Shown piece by piece: positions 1 through 14,495 of a stretch of DNA of 64,000 bases. A program made the translations under genes and the position numbers. The stretch is taken from NCBI GenBank assembly GCA_039800105.1, contig JBDLRI010000110.1, positions 3,970 through 67,969 on the forward strand. The letters are read 5' to 3'. Source of the stretch: Pseudomonadota bacterium (GTDB lineage: Bacteria > Myxococcota_A > UBA796 > SXON01). A model generated the notes under the pieces. It saw only the letters and a list, made by a program, of their open reading frames with translations. It was not told the origin of the DNA and did not search any database. Numbering within the stretch: position 1 is the stretch's first letter; the number at the start of each line of letters is the position of its first letter.

Positions 1-4134
<4,134 letters not shown>

Positions 4135-4191
4135 ACCCCGTGCCCCGGACCCCACGCGGTCAGGGCACGGACCTGCCCGGACACGCGCGCT

Positions 4192-4671
4192 TCATGGAGC
4201 CTCCCCGTCGGAGGAGCCGGGGGATTCGGGGGCGTCGGCCTTGCCGCCCGCGCGTCCGGCCTGGCGCTCCCTGAGGTAGACGAGGACGCGGCGCGTGTCG
4301 TGCACGTCCAGGGTCTCGGCGAAGCCCGGCATGCGCCCACGTCCGTCCTGCACCAGGCGGGTCCACGGCGCCAGGTCCCGGGGCGCCGACGGAAGCGGTG
4401 GCACGCCCCCCACCACGGCGGACGCGGCCGGACCGTCTCCGCGTCCGGTGTCGCCGTGGCAGGAGGCGCAGGAGCGGCCCCACAGCGTGCGTCCCACGTC
4501 GACGTCGGGCGGACGCTTCGTCGGCACGGCGCTGTCTCCGTTGGCCTTGGCCGCGACGGGCGGGGTGCCCGCGCGCGGGGGAGGCGTTGCGGAGGGGGCG
4601 GCGTCAGCCCCCTCCGCCCCAAGCAGCAGAAGGAGCCAGACGGGCAGCAGTTCGACGCGCATGCGGGCCAT
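4192..4671 (-). CDS. Exported monoheme class I cytochrome c
   Basis: Hydrophobic signal (LLPVWLLLLLG), CASCHG heme motif and GRGRMPGF Met ligand. Start is ATG 4671 or 4662. Confidence 0.8.
   Translation of the reverse strand: MARMRVELLPVWLLLLLGAEGADAAPSATPPPRAGTPPVAAKANGDSAVPTKRPPDVDVGRTLWGRSCASCHGDTGRGDGPAASAVVGGVPPLPSAPRDLAPWTRLVQDGRGRMPGFAETLDVHDTRRVLVYLRERQAGRAGGKADAPESPGSSDGEAP
4577..4622 (+). repeat. Palindromic repeat family copy 1 (inside cytochrome c gene)
   Basis: GGAGGCGTT then stem GCGGAGGGGGC (4589-4599) / GCCCCCTCCGC (4607-4617), then CCCA. Confidence 0.8.
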
Positions 4672-4745
4672 GCCGCCTTCGTATCGCGTGGCGGGGGCTG
4701 ACGCGCGGGCCACGATCCTGCTAGGCTGCCTCGACGGAGTTGCCC

Positions 4746-5759
4746 GTGGTCCTGCTCGCCCTGCTCGGCTGCCATCTCTTCACGCCCATCTCCATCACCT
4801 GCGTCGCGGGCATGACCTGCGCACAGGACAGCGGTGACACGGCGACCGCGATCGACACCGGGACCGCGGACACCGCGGGCAGCGACACCGGCGCCGCGGA
4901 CACGGCCGCCGCGGTCGCGACCGTCGGCATGGCGTGGCTCGGCACCGACGCCGCGGGCACCGCCGTGGGACGAACCTTCTCGGCGGACGGGACCCCGCGC
5001 GCGGACACCGTGCCCGCGTCCCCCGTGCCGTCCGGTCCCTTCGACGTCGACCTCGCCGGCGGCACGTGGCTGTTCGCCATGACCTCCGCCTCCGGACCCG
5101 CCACCGCGGTCGCGGCCTACACGGCGAACGGCCTGGGCGCGTGGGTGACCCTCCCGGATGACGACGGCGACGGCACTGTGGAGCCTGCCCTGCAGATCGA
5201 GCTGGTCGACGGCATCGGCTACGTCCTCACCCGCGCGGCGGTCTACCGCTTCGACCCGGCCGACGGCACGGGCGGCCGTGTCACCGTCGGCCCCCTGCTG
5301 AGTCAGGACGTTCCGGTGGGCTTCGCGGTGGACGTGCGCGGACGGGTGCGGGTGGTGACGCGCAACGCGAGCACCGGTGCGCTCGTCGTGTACACCTTCA
5401 GCCCCGCGTCGGGCAACGGCTACACCAACACCGGCTACGTGCCCCAGGCGAACAACGGTGCCGCACGCGCGGTGGCGATCGGCCCCGATGAGGCCCCCTA
5501 CGTCTGCGAGACCGACGGCACTGTCCGGCCCGCGCTGGGCGACGGGAGCGTGCTCTCGACCCCCGTCGTGAGCGGGGTGCGGCTGGAGGGCAACGAGCCC
5601 GTCACCGACGTGACGGCGTGCGCCTGGGACGCGGGCGACGCGAGCTGGCGCCTCTTCAGCCCGACCCACGGCTTCCTTCACGCCATGGGCGGCGCGGCGT
5701 CCGTCCTGGTGGCGCCCGACGCGACGATGGCGTCGCTGTCCGCCGGCGCGTTCGACTAG
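4746..5759 (+). CDS. Hypothetical lipoprotein (DTG low-complexity linker, probable beta-propeller)
   Basis: Lipobox-like LLALLGC, DTG/DTA repeats and a beta-rich body. GGAG lies 6 nt before GTG 4746; alternative start TTG 4740. Confidence 0.65.
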   Translation: MVLLALLGCHLFTPISITCVAGMTCAQDSGDTATAIDTGTADTAGSDTGAADTAAAVATVGMAWLGTDAAGTAVGRTFSADGTPRADTVPASPVPSGPFDVDLAGGTWLFAMTSASGPATAVAAYTANGLGAWVTLPDDDGDGTVEPALQIELVDGIGYVLTRAAVYRFDPADGTGGRVTVGPLLSQDVPVGFAVDVRGRVRVVTRNASTGALVVYTFSPASGNGYTNTGYVPQANNGAARAVAIGPDEAPYVCETDGTVRPALGDGSVLSTPVVSGVRLEGNEPVTDVTACAWDAGDASWRLFSPTHGFLHAMGGAASVLVAPDATMASLSAGAFD

Positions 5760-5770
5760 CGGGACCAGGC

Positions 5771-6685
5771 GTGCGTGTGCTCGTGACCGGGGCGGGCGGG
5801 CGGATCGGCGCGCCGCTCGTGGCCGCCCTGCGGCGAGACGGGCACGAGGTGAGGACCGCGAGCGCCCGGGACCCGGAGGCGCTCGCGGAGGCGTCCCGCG
5901 GCTGCGGGTGGGTGTTCCACCTCGGCGGCGGTGTGCGCGGTCCGGGACGGGACACGGCGGACGTGCTCAACCGCGTGGGTACGGAGCGCCTGGTCGCCGC
6001 GCTCCGACGCGGCGGCGGCGCGCCGCGGGTGGTGCTGGCGTCGAGCGCGGCCGTGTACGGCGACCGCTCGGGCGCCTGGGTGGACGAGGCGGCTCCCCCG
6101 TTGCCGGATACGGACTACGGACGCGCCAAGGTGGCCGCGGAGCAGGCACTGCGGGAGTCCGGACTCCCCGTCGTCGTCGCCCGGATCGGGATGGTGGTGG
6201 GACGCGGGCTGCCCACCGCCCGCGAGGGTGCTCTCGCACGGGGGCGCGCCTGGCTGCCCGGAGAGGGCGTCAACCACGTGCCGATGATCCACCTCGCGGA
6301 TGCCGTGGAGGGCCTGCGGCACCTCGCGGCCCATGCCACGGACGGGGAGATCGTGCACCTCGCGGCCCCGGCGACCCCGACCCTGCGGGCCTACTACGAC
6401 GCCGTGGCGGCCAGGGTCCGGGCACGCGGCGAGGGGGATGGCCGGGTCCGTTTCTGGAGCACCTGGGTACCCGGGGCGCTCCAGTACGCGCTCGCGCGAC
6501 GCGTGGAGTCGCTCGCGACGCAGCTGGGCACGCGCCCCCCGGTCACGCCCGACCTCCTTCGGCTCTGGACGGCCTCGGCGCGGCTCCGCACCGAACGCCT
6601 CGGCGACGGACTCGGATACCGCTGGCGACACCCGGATCCCTGCGCGCCCGACGCGCTTGACGCCGACCTCCCCGGCGGCCTATAG
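5771..6685 (+). CDS. NAD-dependent epimerase/dehydratase (extended SDR)
   Basis: VLVTGAGGRIG Rossmann motif, SSAAVYG, YGRAK (YxxxK). Confidence 0.85.
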   Translation: MRVLVTGAGGRIGAPLVAALRRDGHEVRTASARDPEALAEASRGCGWVFHLGGGVRGPGRDTADVLNRVGTERLVAALRRGGGAPRVVLASSAAVYGDRSGAWVDEAAPPLPDTDYGRAKVAAEQALRESGLPVVVARIGMVVGRGLPTAREGALARGRAWLPGEGVNHVPMIHLADAVEGLRHLAAHATDGEIVHLAAPATPTLRAYYDAVAARVRARGEGDGRVRFWSTWVPGALQYALARRVESLATQLGTRPPVTPDLLRLWTASARLRTERLGDGLGYRWRHPDPCAPDALDADLPGGL

Positions 6686-6706
6686 GACCTGGTCGGAGAC
6701 GCCCGC

Positions 6707-7954
6707 ATGTCCATCCTGCACACCCTCGCCCTGCTGACCGCGTGCAGTCCCATGGACGCCCAGGTCGAGGGTCGGTACGTCGCCTACCTGGCCGACGGCA
6801 GCTCCGAGAACCTCACGCGACTCGAGCGCAACGGGAAGACCGTCTCCGAGCAGGCGCGGGACCTCGGGCTCGTGCCGGTCGACTGCCGCGAGCTCGCGGA
6901 CCTCACGGCGGAGGAGCTGGCCGCGGAGCGCCTCACCTCGTCGCAGGCATACGTGGCGCACTGCCTCGACTCGGCCGGCGCCCCGCTCCCGCTGACCTAC
7001 TTCCCCTGGCTGCGGGAATTCGGGTACTGGAAGTCCGAGGGCGAGTTCGCGCCCGACGCGGCGCTCTCCGCCTGGCGCACCGAGGCCCTGCTCACGAGCG
7101 AGGGCGACCTCCAGCTCACGGCACACATCGAGCTGCCGGGCCTCGGGGACTTCCGCTTCGGCTGGGCCATCGACCCCGACTTCCAGCCCACGTTCTGCGA
7201 CGACGATCCGGAGGCGGGTGCCGTCGAGCGCGTGGTCGACGGGGACTGGCTCGCCCACTGGGCCGACTCCGCCGAGGCCGTCGGCAAGGGCGGAGGTCTG
7301 TGGCCGCTCAACGCCGGCGCGTACCAGGTCAACCCGTCCAACCAGGGACAGTCCTGGTACTTCCCCCCGGAGTGGATGGCAGGCACGGCGTTCTCGCGCC
7401 TCGAGGACGAACAGTTCTTCAGCCATCCGACCGACTACGCCGACCCGGCCGGCGTGCCGCTCTACGCGCCCATGTACCGCGGCGACGAACGCCTCTACCC
7501 GGAGGCCACCGGCTCCCTCGAATCGTGGATCGGCACGATGCGGACGCACCTCGGGTCCGACGGTGCGGGCGCCCCCGCCATCACGGACCTCTCGGGCATC
7601 GGCCTCTCCACGTTCGAGCCCTTCTTCTTCGTGGAGGACAACACCTGGCGTCCCACCGACCCCGAAGGCTCCGAGGGCGCCACGGGGCTCGACGGCTGGC
7701 TGGGCGTGATGCCGGGATGGGTCCGCATCGACAATCCCGAGTCCATCGAGGTCGGCAACGACGAGCCGGTCACCGGCGAGTTCCAGGTGTACCTGGAAGG
7801 CGTCGCCGCCGCGTCGAAGGTCCTCGTGCGGGCGACCTTCTCGATCGACGAGGTCCGCGAGGACCGGTGGGGCTACAACCCCACGATGGAAGAGCGCAAG
7901 CGGGCCGAGAATCGCACGCCGGTCTGCGGCAGCACGGACCCGGTCGAGCCCTGA
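6707..7954 (+). CDS. Hypothetical acidic lipoprotein
   Basis: LALLTAC lipobox, GGAG RBS, strong GC3 codon bias. Confidence 0.7.
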   Translation: MSILHTLALLTACSPMDAQVEGRYVAYLADGSSENLTRLERNGKTVSEQARDLGLVPVDCRELADLTAEELAAERLTSSQAYVAHCLDSAGAPLPLTYFPWLREFGYWKSEGEFAPDAALSAWRTEALLTSEGDLQLTAHIELPGLGDFRFGWAIDPDFQPTFCDDDPEAGAVERVVDGDWLAHWADSAEAVGKGGGLWPLNAGAYQVNPSNQGQSWYFPPEWMAGTAFSRLEDEQFFSHPTDYADPAGVPLYAPMYRGDERLYPEATGSLESWIGTMRTHLGSDGAGAPAITDLSGIGLSTFEPFFFVEDNTWRPTDPEGSEGATGLDGWLGVMPGWVRIDNPESIEVGNDEPVTGEFQVYLEGVAAASKVLVRATFSIDEVREDRWGYNPTMEERKRAENRTPVCGSTDPVEP

Positions 7955-8089
7955 CACGATTGTTCCGCCGGGACGTCCCGGGTTCGTGGTCGCCGCCGAC
8001 GGTGTGGCGAACCGCACCGGGAGGCCCGGCGGACGTCGTGACCCCGACGGTGGAGTGCGGGCCTGCGCGGCCCGCCCTCCCCGTGCGGC

Positions 8090-8440
8090 TCAGTCCTTCT
8101 TCGAGGCGTGGAAGTGGCCGCCGTCGTTCACGGCCTTCAGGAGCGCGTCCACGTTCGTGACGGCCGCGTCGTACGCGACCTCGGCCACGCCGGTGGCGTG
8201 ATCCACGGAGGCACCCTTCACGCCCTTGACGCCACTGAGGGCCGCCTGGACCTTCGTGGAGCAGGCGCCGCAGGACATGCCGGTGATGCTGAGCTTGACG
8301 TGGGTGCCGTCCGCGGGGAGCGGGGCCGCCGCCGCCGCGGGCAGGGCGCAGCCCTCCTTGTCGCACTTCTTGCCGCCACAGGCGAGGGCGGCGGAGGGAA
8401 GGGCGAGGGCGAGCGTTGCGAGGGCGAGGAAGCGCTTCAT
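8090..8440 (-). CDS. Periplasmic heavy-metal-associated (HMA, MerP/CopZ-like) protein
   Basis: Signal peptide, ITGMSCGAC metal-binding motif and HMA-fold pattern. Confidence 0.88.
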   Translation of the reverse strand: MKRFLALATLALALPSAALACGGKKCDKEGCALPAAAAAPLPADGTHVKLSITGMSCGACSTKVQAALSGVKGVKGASVDHATGVAEVAYDAAVTNVDALLKAVNDGGHFHASKKD

Positions 8441-8532
8441 GATGTCTCCAGGTGACGGGGACGTCGTAGCCGGCGGGCACCGCCCGCGCCACCGGGCCCC
8501 ACGCGCGGGAGCGGAGCGATTAGGAGGGCCCC

Positions 8533-9588
8533 ATGTGGCCGACGCTCTATACGCAGTCCACCCCGTTCGGGGAGCTTCCCTACAACACGTGGGGGCTGAT
8601 GATCATGCTGGCCTTCCTGGCCTCGGCCGTGCTGGCGTCCCGGCGCTGCGCGGCCGTCGGAATCGACCCGGACATCATGGGTGGCATGGTCGGGCTCTCG
8701 GCGGCGAGCGGACTGGCAGGCGCACGGCTTCTGCACTTCCTCATGTCAGAGGACCGCGCCGCGTTCTTCGCGAACACCCTCGTGTACTTCAACCTCTCCC
8801 GCGGCGGCTTCGCCTTCTACGGCGGCTTCCTGCTGGCGGCGGGGATGGGGGTGCTCTACGCGAAGCGCCGCGGCGTGGACGTCTGGAAGTTCGCCGATGC
8901 GTGCGCGCCGGCGGTGATGATCGGACTTGCCGTGGGGCGGATGGGCTGCTTCTTCGCGGGATGTTGCCACGGCGCGCAGTTCACGCTCCCCGACGGAGCG
9001 ACGGGCCTGCTGCCGGCGGGCTTCTCCGGGGGACAACTCTACGTGTTCGGCGGGTTTCCCTGGCTCGGCATGGTGACCCACAAGGGCGTCGGCCTCAATG
9101 GCGTGCCCGTGTACCCGACCCAACTTTGGGAGGTGCTCGCGGCGACGGCGATCTGCGGCGTGTGCCTCGCCTCCTTCCGCTGGCGTCGGTTCGACGGGCA
9201 GATCATGGCGACGATGCTGATGCTCTACGCGCTCTGGCGTCCGGTGAACGAATCCATGCGAGGCGACGCGGTGCGCGGCACCATCGGGCTGTCGACCGCA
9301 CAGCTGCTCGGGATCGTGCTGCTGGGTCTCGGGGCCATGGGAGCCCTCGCCGACGTGCGACGCCGCCCGTTCTGGACGGGCGCGCTCCTCGTGGGCATCG
9401 GCCTTGCCGCGGCGTTGCCCGGGGCGGCGGTGATGCTCACGACCTCGCAAATCGTCAGCGTGTTCGTCGGCGTGGCGGGCCTCGGCCTCGCGCTGGCGGG
9501 TGCCGCGCACGGATTCGGGCCCGAGACCCCGTGGGTGCCGCCCTCGATCGAGGCCGAGGAAGACCTCGGCTCCGCACCGAGGCTCTAG
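8533..9588 (+). CDS. lgt: Prolipoprotein diacylglyceryl transferase
   Basis: GARLLH, GGFAFYGG, GRMGCFFAGCCHG, YPTQLWE, ESMRGD motifs; AGGAGG RBS. Confidence 0.9.
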   Translation: MWPTLYTQSTPFGELPYNTWGLMIMLAFLASAVLASRRCAAVGIDPDIMGGMVGLSAASGLAGARLLHFLMSEDRAAFFANTLVYFNLSRGGFAFYGGFLLAAGMGVLYAKRRGVDVWKFADACAPAVMIGLAVGRMGCFFAGCCHGAQFTLPDGATGLLPAGFSGGQLYVFGGFPWLGMVTHKGVGLNGVPVYPTQLWEVLAATAICGVCLASFRWRRFDGQIMATMLMLYALWRPVNESMRGDAVRGTIGLSTAQLLGIVLLGLGAMGALADVRRRPFWTGALLVGIGLAAALPGAAVMLTTSQIVSVFVGVAGLGLALAGAAHGFGPETPWVPPSIEAEEDLGSAPRL

Positions 9589-10697
9589 CAGGCTGCTGAA
9601 TCGCCATCGCAGGCCACGCCCGGCGCCTTCGCCCCGGCGATCGCCTCCGCCACCACGGTCGTCCACGGGCGCACCCACGGGGCATGACGACGTCCGGCCA
9701 GCGACCGGACCGCATCCGGGGCGTCCTCCCAACGGGCGATGAGGAGGTCCTCCGGCCCCAGGAGCTCGCGGGTGTCACCGACGTCGGTGGCCACGACGGG
9801 CGTTCCCTGGGCCCGGTAGTGCAGCAGCTTGAGGGGGCACAGCCAGGGTGGGGCATCCTCCCGCGTGGGCGCCAGGGCGACGTCCATGGCCGCCACCAGG
9901 TCCGCCACCCGCGCCTCCGGCACCACTCCGACGTTCAGCGCGCGCGGGTGCGCCACCGACACCGGCCCTACGACCACCGCCACCGCGTGCGGAAGCGCCT
10001 CCAGGAGGCCATGGACCCGCTCGACTCCGTGCCAACGCCGCCCGCTGCCGACGAACCCGATCACCAGGCGGTCCTCGAGCCCCATCGCGCGACGGGTCCC
10101 GCTCCGATCCCCCGCCCGCGCCACGACACCGTTGGGAACGTACCGCACCTCACGGGCACCGAGGGACTCGCACCATTGCGCGAGCCATCGACTCACTGCG
10201 ACCACCCGCGGCGCGGCCGCAATCACGGCGCGCTCCCACCGTTCGGCCAGCACGGCGTCGACACCCCGGTCCCAGCGCGCGCGCTCCAACGCGGGCGGCG
10301 CGTTGACCTCCAGGATCCACGGCACGTCGTGGGTGGCGTGAACGCGCCAACCCGCGTCGCAGTAGAGGCTGTGACGCTCCCAGACGAGACTCGGCCTCGC
10401 CTCCTCGATGCCACGCCGGAGGCGGCGCCCGGCGGCGATCTCCTCGTGCTCGCGCCATCCCGGAAACCACCGTCGCGGTTCGACGGCTCCTCCGACGTGG
10501 ATCGGCGTGCACGGGCGCTCGGCGACGCCGCGGTGGTCGACGTCGAGGGGCGCGAGGATGCAGGACGCCCCCAGGGCGTCGGCGACGGCCCGCAGGTGCG
10601 CGCTCGCGCCCGACGGCCCCAGCACGGGCACACCCGGCGCGCCGCTCAACACGACCGGACGTGCCCGGAGACGAGCCGGGTCCCATGGGCCCGTCAC
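9585..10697 (-). CDS. Glycosyltransferase family 4 (GT-B)
   Basis: [36 protein letters not shown]. The GTG start overlaps the upstream stop (GTGA). Confidence 0.85.
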   Translation of the reverse strand: MTGPWDPARLRARPVVLSGAPGVPVLGPSGASAHLRAVADALGASCILAPLDVDHRGVAERPCTPIHVGGAVEPRRWFPGWREHEEIAAGRRLRRGIEEARPSLVWERHSLYCDAGWRVHATHDVPWILEVNAPPALERARWDRGVDAVLAERWERAVIAAAPRVVAVSRWLAQWCESLGAREVRYVPNGVVARAGDRSGTRRAMGLEDRLVIGFVGSGRRWHGVERVHGLLEALPHAVAVVVGPVSVAHPRALNVGVVPEARVADLVAAMDVALAPTREDAPPWLCPLKLLHYRAQGTPVVATDVGDTRELLGPEDLLIARWEDAPDAVRSLAGRRHAPWVRPWTTVVAEAIAGAKAPGVACDGDSAAC

Positions 10698-12361
10698 GCC
10701 TCGATGCCCCAGCGCTGCAGCTTGTAGAGCAAGGAGCTGCGGGGGATCCCGAGCTCGCGCGCGGCGTGCGTACGATTTCCACCGTTCCGACGAAGGGACT
10801 GCTCGATGAGATCGCGCTCTGCGGCGTCGATGGCGTTCCGAACGGGGCCGGTGGGGTCCTCGGGCCGGAACGGCGGACCGTGCCCAGGTCGCGACGGAGC
10901 GGCGTGCATGACGGGATCGCCGTCCTCGAGCGGGCTGAACACGAGATGACGCGCCTCCAGGCGCGACGCGCCGCCGAGCACCCATGCACGGGTGAGGACG
11001 TTGCGGAGCTCGCGTGCGTTTCCTGGCCACGGCCAGCGCTGCAATGCCTGAAGGGCGTCGGGCGCGATCTCGAGCGCCGGGTTCAGGCGGCGCGCGATCG
11101 CCCGCGCGATGAGGGGAATGTCCTCGGTGCGTTCCCGCAGGGGCGGAAGCCGCACCGCGAGCACGGCGAGACGGAAGTACAGGTCGGCACGGAACGTCCC
11201 GGCACGGACCGCCTCCGCCAGGTTCCGATTGGTCGCCGCGACAATCCGGACATCGGGGAACGACGGGCTCGCACCTCCGACGCGCCGCACCTCTCCGGAC
11301 TCCAGGGCCCGGAGGAGCTTGGCCTGCGCCTCCTCGGGAAGCTCTCCGACCTCGTCGAGAAACAGGGTTCCCCCGTTGGCGCGCTGGAACGCACCGTCAC
11401 GCCGCTCGCCCGCGCCGGTGAACGCTCCCTTCTCATGTCCGAAGAGCTCGCTCTCGAAGAGACTGGGCGTGATGGCGCCACAATTGAGGGCCACGAAGGG
11501 TCGTCCGGACCGGGGGCTCGCGTCGTGGATGCCGCGTGCGGCGAGCTCCTTGCCGGTCCCGCTCTCGCCGATGAGCAGGATGGGGGCGTGGTGCGCCGCC
11601 ATGCGACGCAGCATGCCGAACGCCGTGCACAAGGTCTCCGAGATGCCGACGAGCTCGCCGAAGGCGTCGGCTCGGACCTCGGGTCGGCCGGCCACGCGCT
11701 CGGTCCATTCCACGGTGAACTCGGTGTCGCCGGCGCGGAGGTCCTCCCCGGGGTAGAGGGGAACGATGTCGCGGATGCGGGTCGGACCGAGGAACACGGC
11801 GCCCTCACCAGGCTCGACGACCGTGCGCCCGTGCATCAGCCGCAGCCGGCAATGGTCGCGCACGAGCCGTGCGTCCGGAAGCACGACCGCGCTCCCCTCC
11901 CCGCCGACGGCGCAGCGCCCCCCGCGAAGGCGCGTGCGCTGTCCGCGGCCCGGTCCGCGGGTGATGACAAGCCAGGGCTCTCGCAGCGCGATGCCGTGGT
12001 GGGTCTCCAGCAACTCCTCGTCGCGGGCTTCCGGTTGGGCACGCTCGGTGGTCCGGTCATCGGACCCCGCCTCGAGATCCACCCGCACCCGGAACGGCCC
12101 CACCCGAAGCTCGTCCCCATGCACGAGGACGCTCACCTCGGCGAGCGCCTCCCCTCGGAGCCAGGTGCCGTTGCGGGAGAGGTTCGCGACGGTCCAGCCG
12201 CCGTCCGACGCCGACACGACGCAGTGCGTGCGGCTGACACCCTCGTCGGGGAGCACCACGTCGCAGGTGTCGGCGCGACCGATGCGCGTCACGCCGGCAC
12301 GCAGGGGCGTGGCGAACAAAGGAGCGTCGTCGGTGGGGCGATGGAAGATCAGGCGTGCCAT
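10694..12361 (-). CDS. FHA-domain sigma54-dependent enhancer-binding protein
   Basis: FHA (IGR..VSRTH..SRNGT), a second degenerate [34 protein letters not shown] and a C-terminal Fis HTH. Confidence 0.93.
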   Translation of the reverse strand: MARLIFHRPTDDAPLFATPLRAGVTRIGRADTCDVVLPDEGVSRTHCVVSASDGGWTVANLSRNGTWLRGEALAEVSVLVHGDELRVGPFRVRVDLEAGSDDRTTERAQPEARDEELLETHHGIALREPWLVITRGPGRGQRTRLRGGRCAVGGEGSAVVLPDARLVRDHCRLRLMHGRTVVEPGEGAVFLGPTRIRDIVPLYPGEDLRAGDTEFTVEWTERVAGRPEVRADAFGELVGISETLCTAFGMLRRMAAHHAPILLIGESGTGKELAARGIHDASPRSGRPFVALNCGAITPSLFESELFGHEKGAFTGAGERRDGAFQRANGGTLFLDEVGELPEEAQAKLLRALESGEVRRVGGASPSFPDVRIVAATNRNLAEAVRAGTFRADLYFRLAVLAVRLPPLRERTEDIPLIARAIARRLNPALEIAPDALQALQRWPWPGNARELRNVLTRAWVLGGASRLEARHLVFSPLEDGDPVMHAAPSRPGHGPPFRPEDPTGPVRNAIDAAERDLIEQSLRRNGGNRTHAARELGIPRSSLLYKLQRWGIEA

Positions 12362-12388
12362 GCGGAGACTCCCGAGGAAGGGGGACGC

Positions 12389-12925
12389 GTGAGGTTCGGA
12401 TGGGCGGCGTGGCTGCTCGGCTGCGGTGTTGCGTGGCGACCGCAGTCTCCCACCGTCTTCGACCTGCGGCCACCGGAGGGCTGGACGGTCACGCGCAACA
12501 CGCGGCTGGGACCGAACCGGTCGCTGGTGCTCGTGGCGCCCGACGGACAGGCCAGCATCGCCGTGAACTGGGTGCGCGACGGCGCGCTCGGGGCGGTTCC
12601 GCTCGACCTCGTGGTCGAGGCCAGGGCGCTCGCCATGCTCCGCCCGTGGGGCGTCGAGAACACCATCGCGCGACTCGACCGCATCGAGGTGGCGGGTCGG
12701 GAGGCCTGGGCCGCCACCGGCACGAGCAGCTGGCACGCGGCGCGCGGCGAGTTCTCCCTCGTGGGCCTGCGGGTGCGTGACCACGTCACCTTCCTGCTCC
12801 TGCAGGCGCCGGCAGGCGGGCTGGAGACCGCCGTTCCGGCGTGGTCCCAGGTCCTCTCGACGCTCGTGTTTCCCCACGACCCGCCCCCCGAACACGCGGT
12901 CCTCTACGCCCCGGAGACGCCGTGA
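12389..12925 (+). CDS. Hypothetical exported protein/lipoprotein (PsbP/DcrB-like pattern)
   Basis: WLLGC and F.LRPPEGW pattern; divergent from the activator gene. Confidence 0.55.
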   Translation: MRFGWAAWLLGCGVAWRPQSPTVFDLRPPEGWTVTRNTRLGPNRSLVLVAPDGQASIAVNWVRDGALGAVPLDLVVEARALAMLRPWGVENTIARLDRIEVAGREAWAATGTSSWHAARGEFSLVGLRVRDHVTFLLLQAPAGGLETAVPAWSQVLSTLVFPHDPPPEHAVLYAPETP

Positions 12926-13548
12926 GCGCACCCACCGGGCCAGGGCCCGATCCCCGCACCTCCGTGGACGAGCTGCGGGTGCCGCCGGATCCTTCCTCTG
13001 CCGAGCCGACCCTCGACGACGCGGGCAGCTCCGCCGAGTCGACGGGGTCCGTGCCCTGGTCGCCCACCGGGGCCCAGGCACGCACGGCGCTCCTCGCCCG
13101 CATCGCCGCGCCGGTCGACCCGGAGATCACCCAGGTGCCCCGTCCGGAGGCGATGGTGGAACTGCGGGCCCGGGTGCTGGCCGAAGCGCCGGAGGTGCTG
13201 CCCGCCGCGCGAGGACCGCTGGCGCACGATCGCGCGCGAGGACCGTACGAGGCGCCGTGGTGGAGCCTCTCCGGCGAGGAGTCGACGCACGCCGGCGAGC
13301 GCACCGGCAGCCTCGGCTCGGTGCTCGAGTCCACGGGCGAGCTCCTGACCGATCGCAGCATCACGCACGCATCGTCCCCGGCGTCCCACGTGCGCGGCCG
13401 TCGCCGGCTCGTCCTGATGGCAGCCGCCGTGGTGGGCCTCGTGCTGCTCGCCGGGCTTACGCGGGGGTGCGGGGTACGACGCATGTCCACAACGGATGCA
13501 CGCCCCGTGCCAAGCGCACCGGCCCTCCGAGAGTCGCACGGGGACTGA
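12922..13548 (+). CDS. Hypothetical protein with C-terminal transmembrane helix
   Basis: GTGA coupling to the previous gene, disordered acidic N-terminus, TM segment [17 protein letters not shown]. Confidence 0.5.
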   Translation: MSAPTGPGPDPRTSVDELRVPPDPSSAEPTLDDAGSSAESTGSVPWSPTGAQARTALLARIAAPVDPEITQVPRPEAMVELRARVLAEAPEVLPAARGPLAHDRARGPYEAPWWSLSGEESTHAGERTGSLGSVLESTGELLTDRSITHASSPASHVRGRRRLVLMAAAVVGLVLLAGLTRGCGVRRMSTTDARPVPSAPALRESHGD

Positions 13549-13564
13549 ACCGTCGGGGCTCCCT

Positions 13565-13626
13565 GGGTGTCGGCCCGCCGACACCGTGTCGGTGGGCCGA
13601 CACCCGCCGTCGGTCGACCGACGGCG
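13565..13626. promoter_or_regulatory. Three tandem GTCGG-N4-CCGAC palindromic boxes (candidate operator/enhancer array)
   Basis: Boxes at 13569-13582, 13588-13601 and 13609-13622, intergenic, about 55 nt upstream of ATG 13680. Confidence 0.55.
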
Positions 13627-13679
13627 ACGGACTCGCCGCCCGCCCCGCCCGGTCCCACGTTGCGCGGGTGGAGGTCGCG

Positions 13680-14483
13680 ATGGACGAGGTGGTGGTGCTG
13701 GGCGCCGGCGTAGGGGGGCTCGAGGTGGCAGGCAGGCTCGCGGTGGGTGCCCGGCGTGGCGAGTACGGCCTGCTGCTCGTCGACGAGGAGGAGGCCTTCG
13801 CCTGGGAGCAGATCCTCCCGGTCCCGGAGGCGGAGGCGGTCACCCGACGCGTCGGGCGGCCGTCGGTCTCCGCGTGGTGCGCCGCGCGCGGGGTGCGCTT
13901 CCTGCGCGACGTCGTGGTCGCTGCGGGATGGCGGCAGCACGAGCTGCGGACGGTGCAGGACCGTCGCCTTCCATGGTCGCAGCTGGTCTTCGCCCGCGGA
14001 GAGGTGCCCTGCGCGGAGGAGCTCGCCGCGCTCGTCGCCGGACCCGCGGACGCGACGTCCGGCCAGCCGGCGATCCGGGCCCCGCGTGCCCCGGCGTGTC
14101 CGCTGCCGCCGGAGGTCGCGCGTGTTCCCGACATCGACGCCACCCTGTGCCTTCGCGCCGACTCGGATGCGTGGGCGGTGGGCGGTCCCACCACCGACCC
14201 GCGCACCACGGCGGCGATGGGCCGGTGCGTGGCCCGCAACGTGCGGCGCGCCCTCGCGCGTCGGGTGGCCCGGCCGTGGCGACCGCCGGCGGCTCCGGCC
14301 GCCGAACCGCCGGGCTGGTGGGTCACGGCCTGGGTCGCCCGGACCTTCGGGCTCGCAGCCGCCCGCGTCGTGGCGATGGAGCTCGCGTCGCGGCCGCACG
14401 AACGCGGAGGACCCGCCGGTCCCGGACCTCGCGAGGAGGCAGGAACGCGGCGGGTCCGGGTGACCGCGGGCACGGACGGGTGA
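13680..14483 (+). CDS. Shortened/degenerate FAD-dependent oxidoreductase (NDH-2/SQR-like)
   Basis: VVVLGAGVGG FAD-binding start, LLLVD, WSQLVFARG, WAVGG..AAMGRCVARNV. The second Rossmann domain appears missing. Confidence 0.55.
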   Translation: MDEVVVLGAGVGGLEVAGRLAVGARRGEYGLLLVDEEEAFAWEQILPVPEAEAVTRRVGRPSVSAWCAARGVRFLRDVVVAAGWRQHELRTVQDRRLPWSQLVFARGEVPCAEELAALVAGPADATSGQPAIRAPRAPACPLPPEVARVPDIDATLCLRADSDAWAVGGPTTDPRTTAAMGRCVARNVRRALARRVARPWRPPAAPAAEPPGWWVTAWVARTFGLAAARVVAMELASRPHERGGPAGPGPREEAGTRRVRVTAGTDG

Positions 14484-14495
14484 CGCCCGCGCGCG

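Noticed and set aside
8057-8075. GCGGGCC/GGCCCGC hairpin as a tenth repeat copy
   Set aside because: It lacks the GGCGTT foot. It is more likely an ordinary hairpin between convergent genes.
13651-13663. sigma54 -24/-12 promoter upstream of the flavoprotein gene
   Set aside because: GG and GC are separated by 9 nt rather than the required 10.
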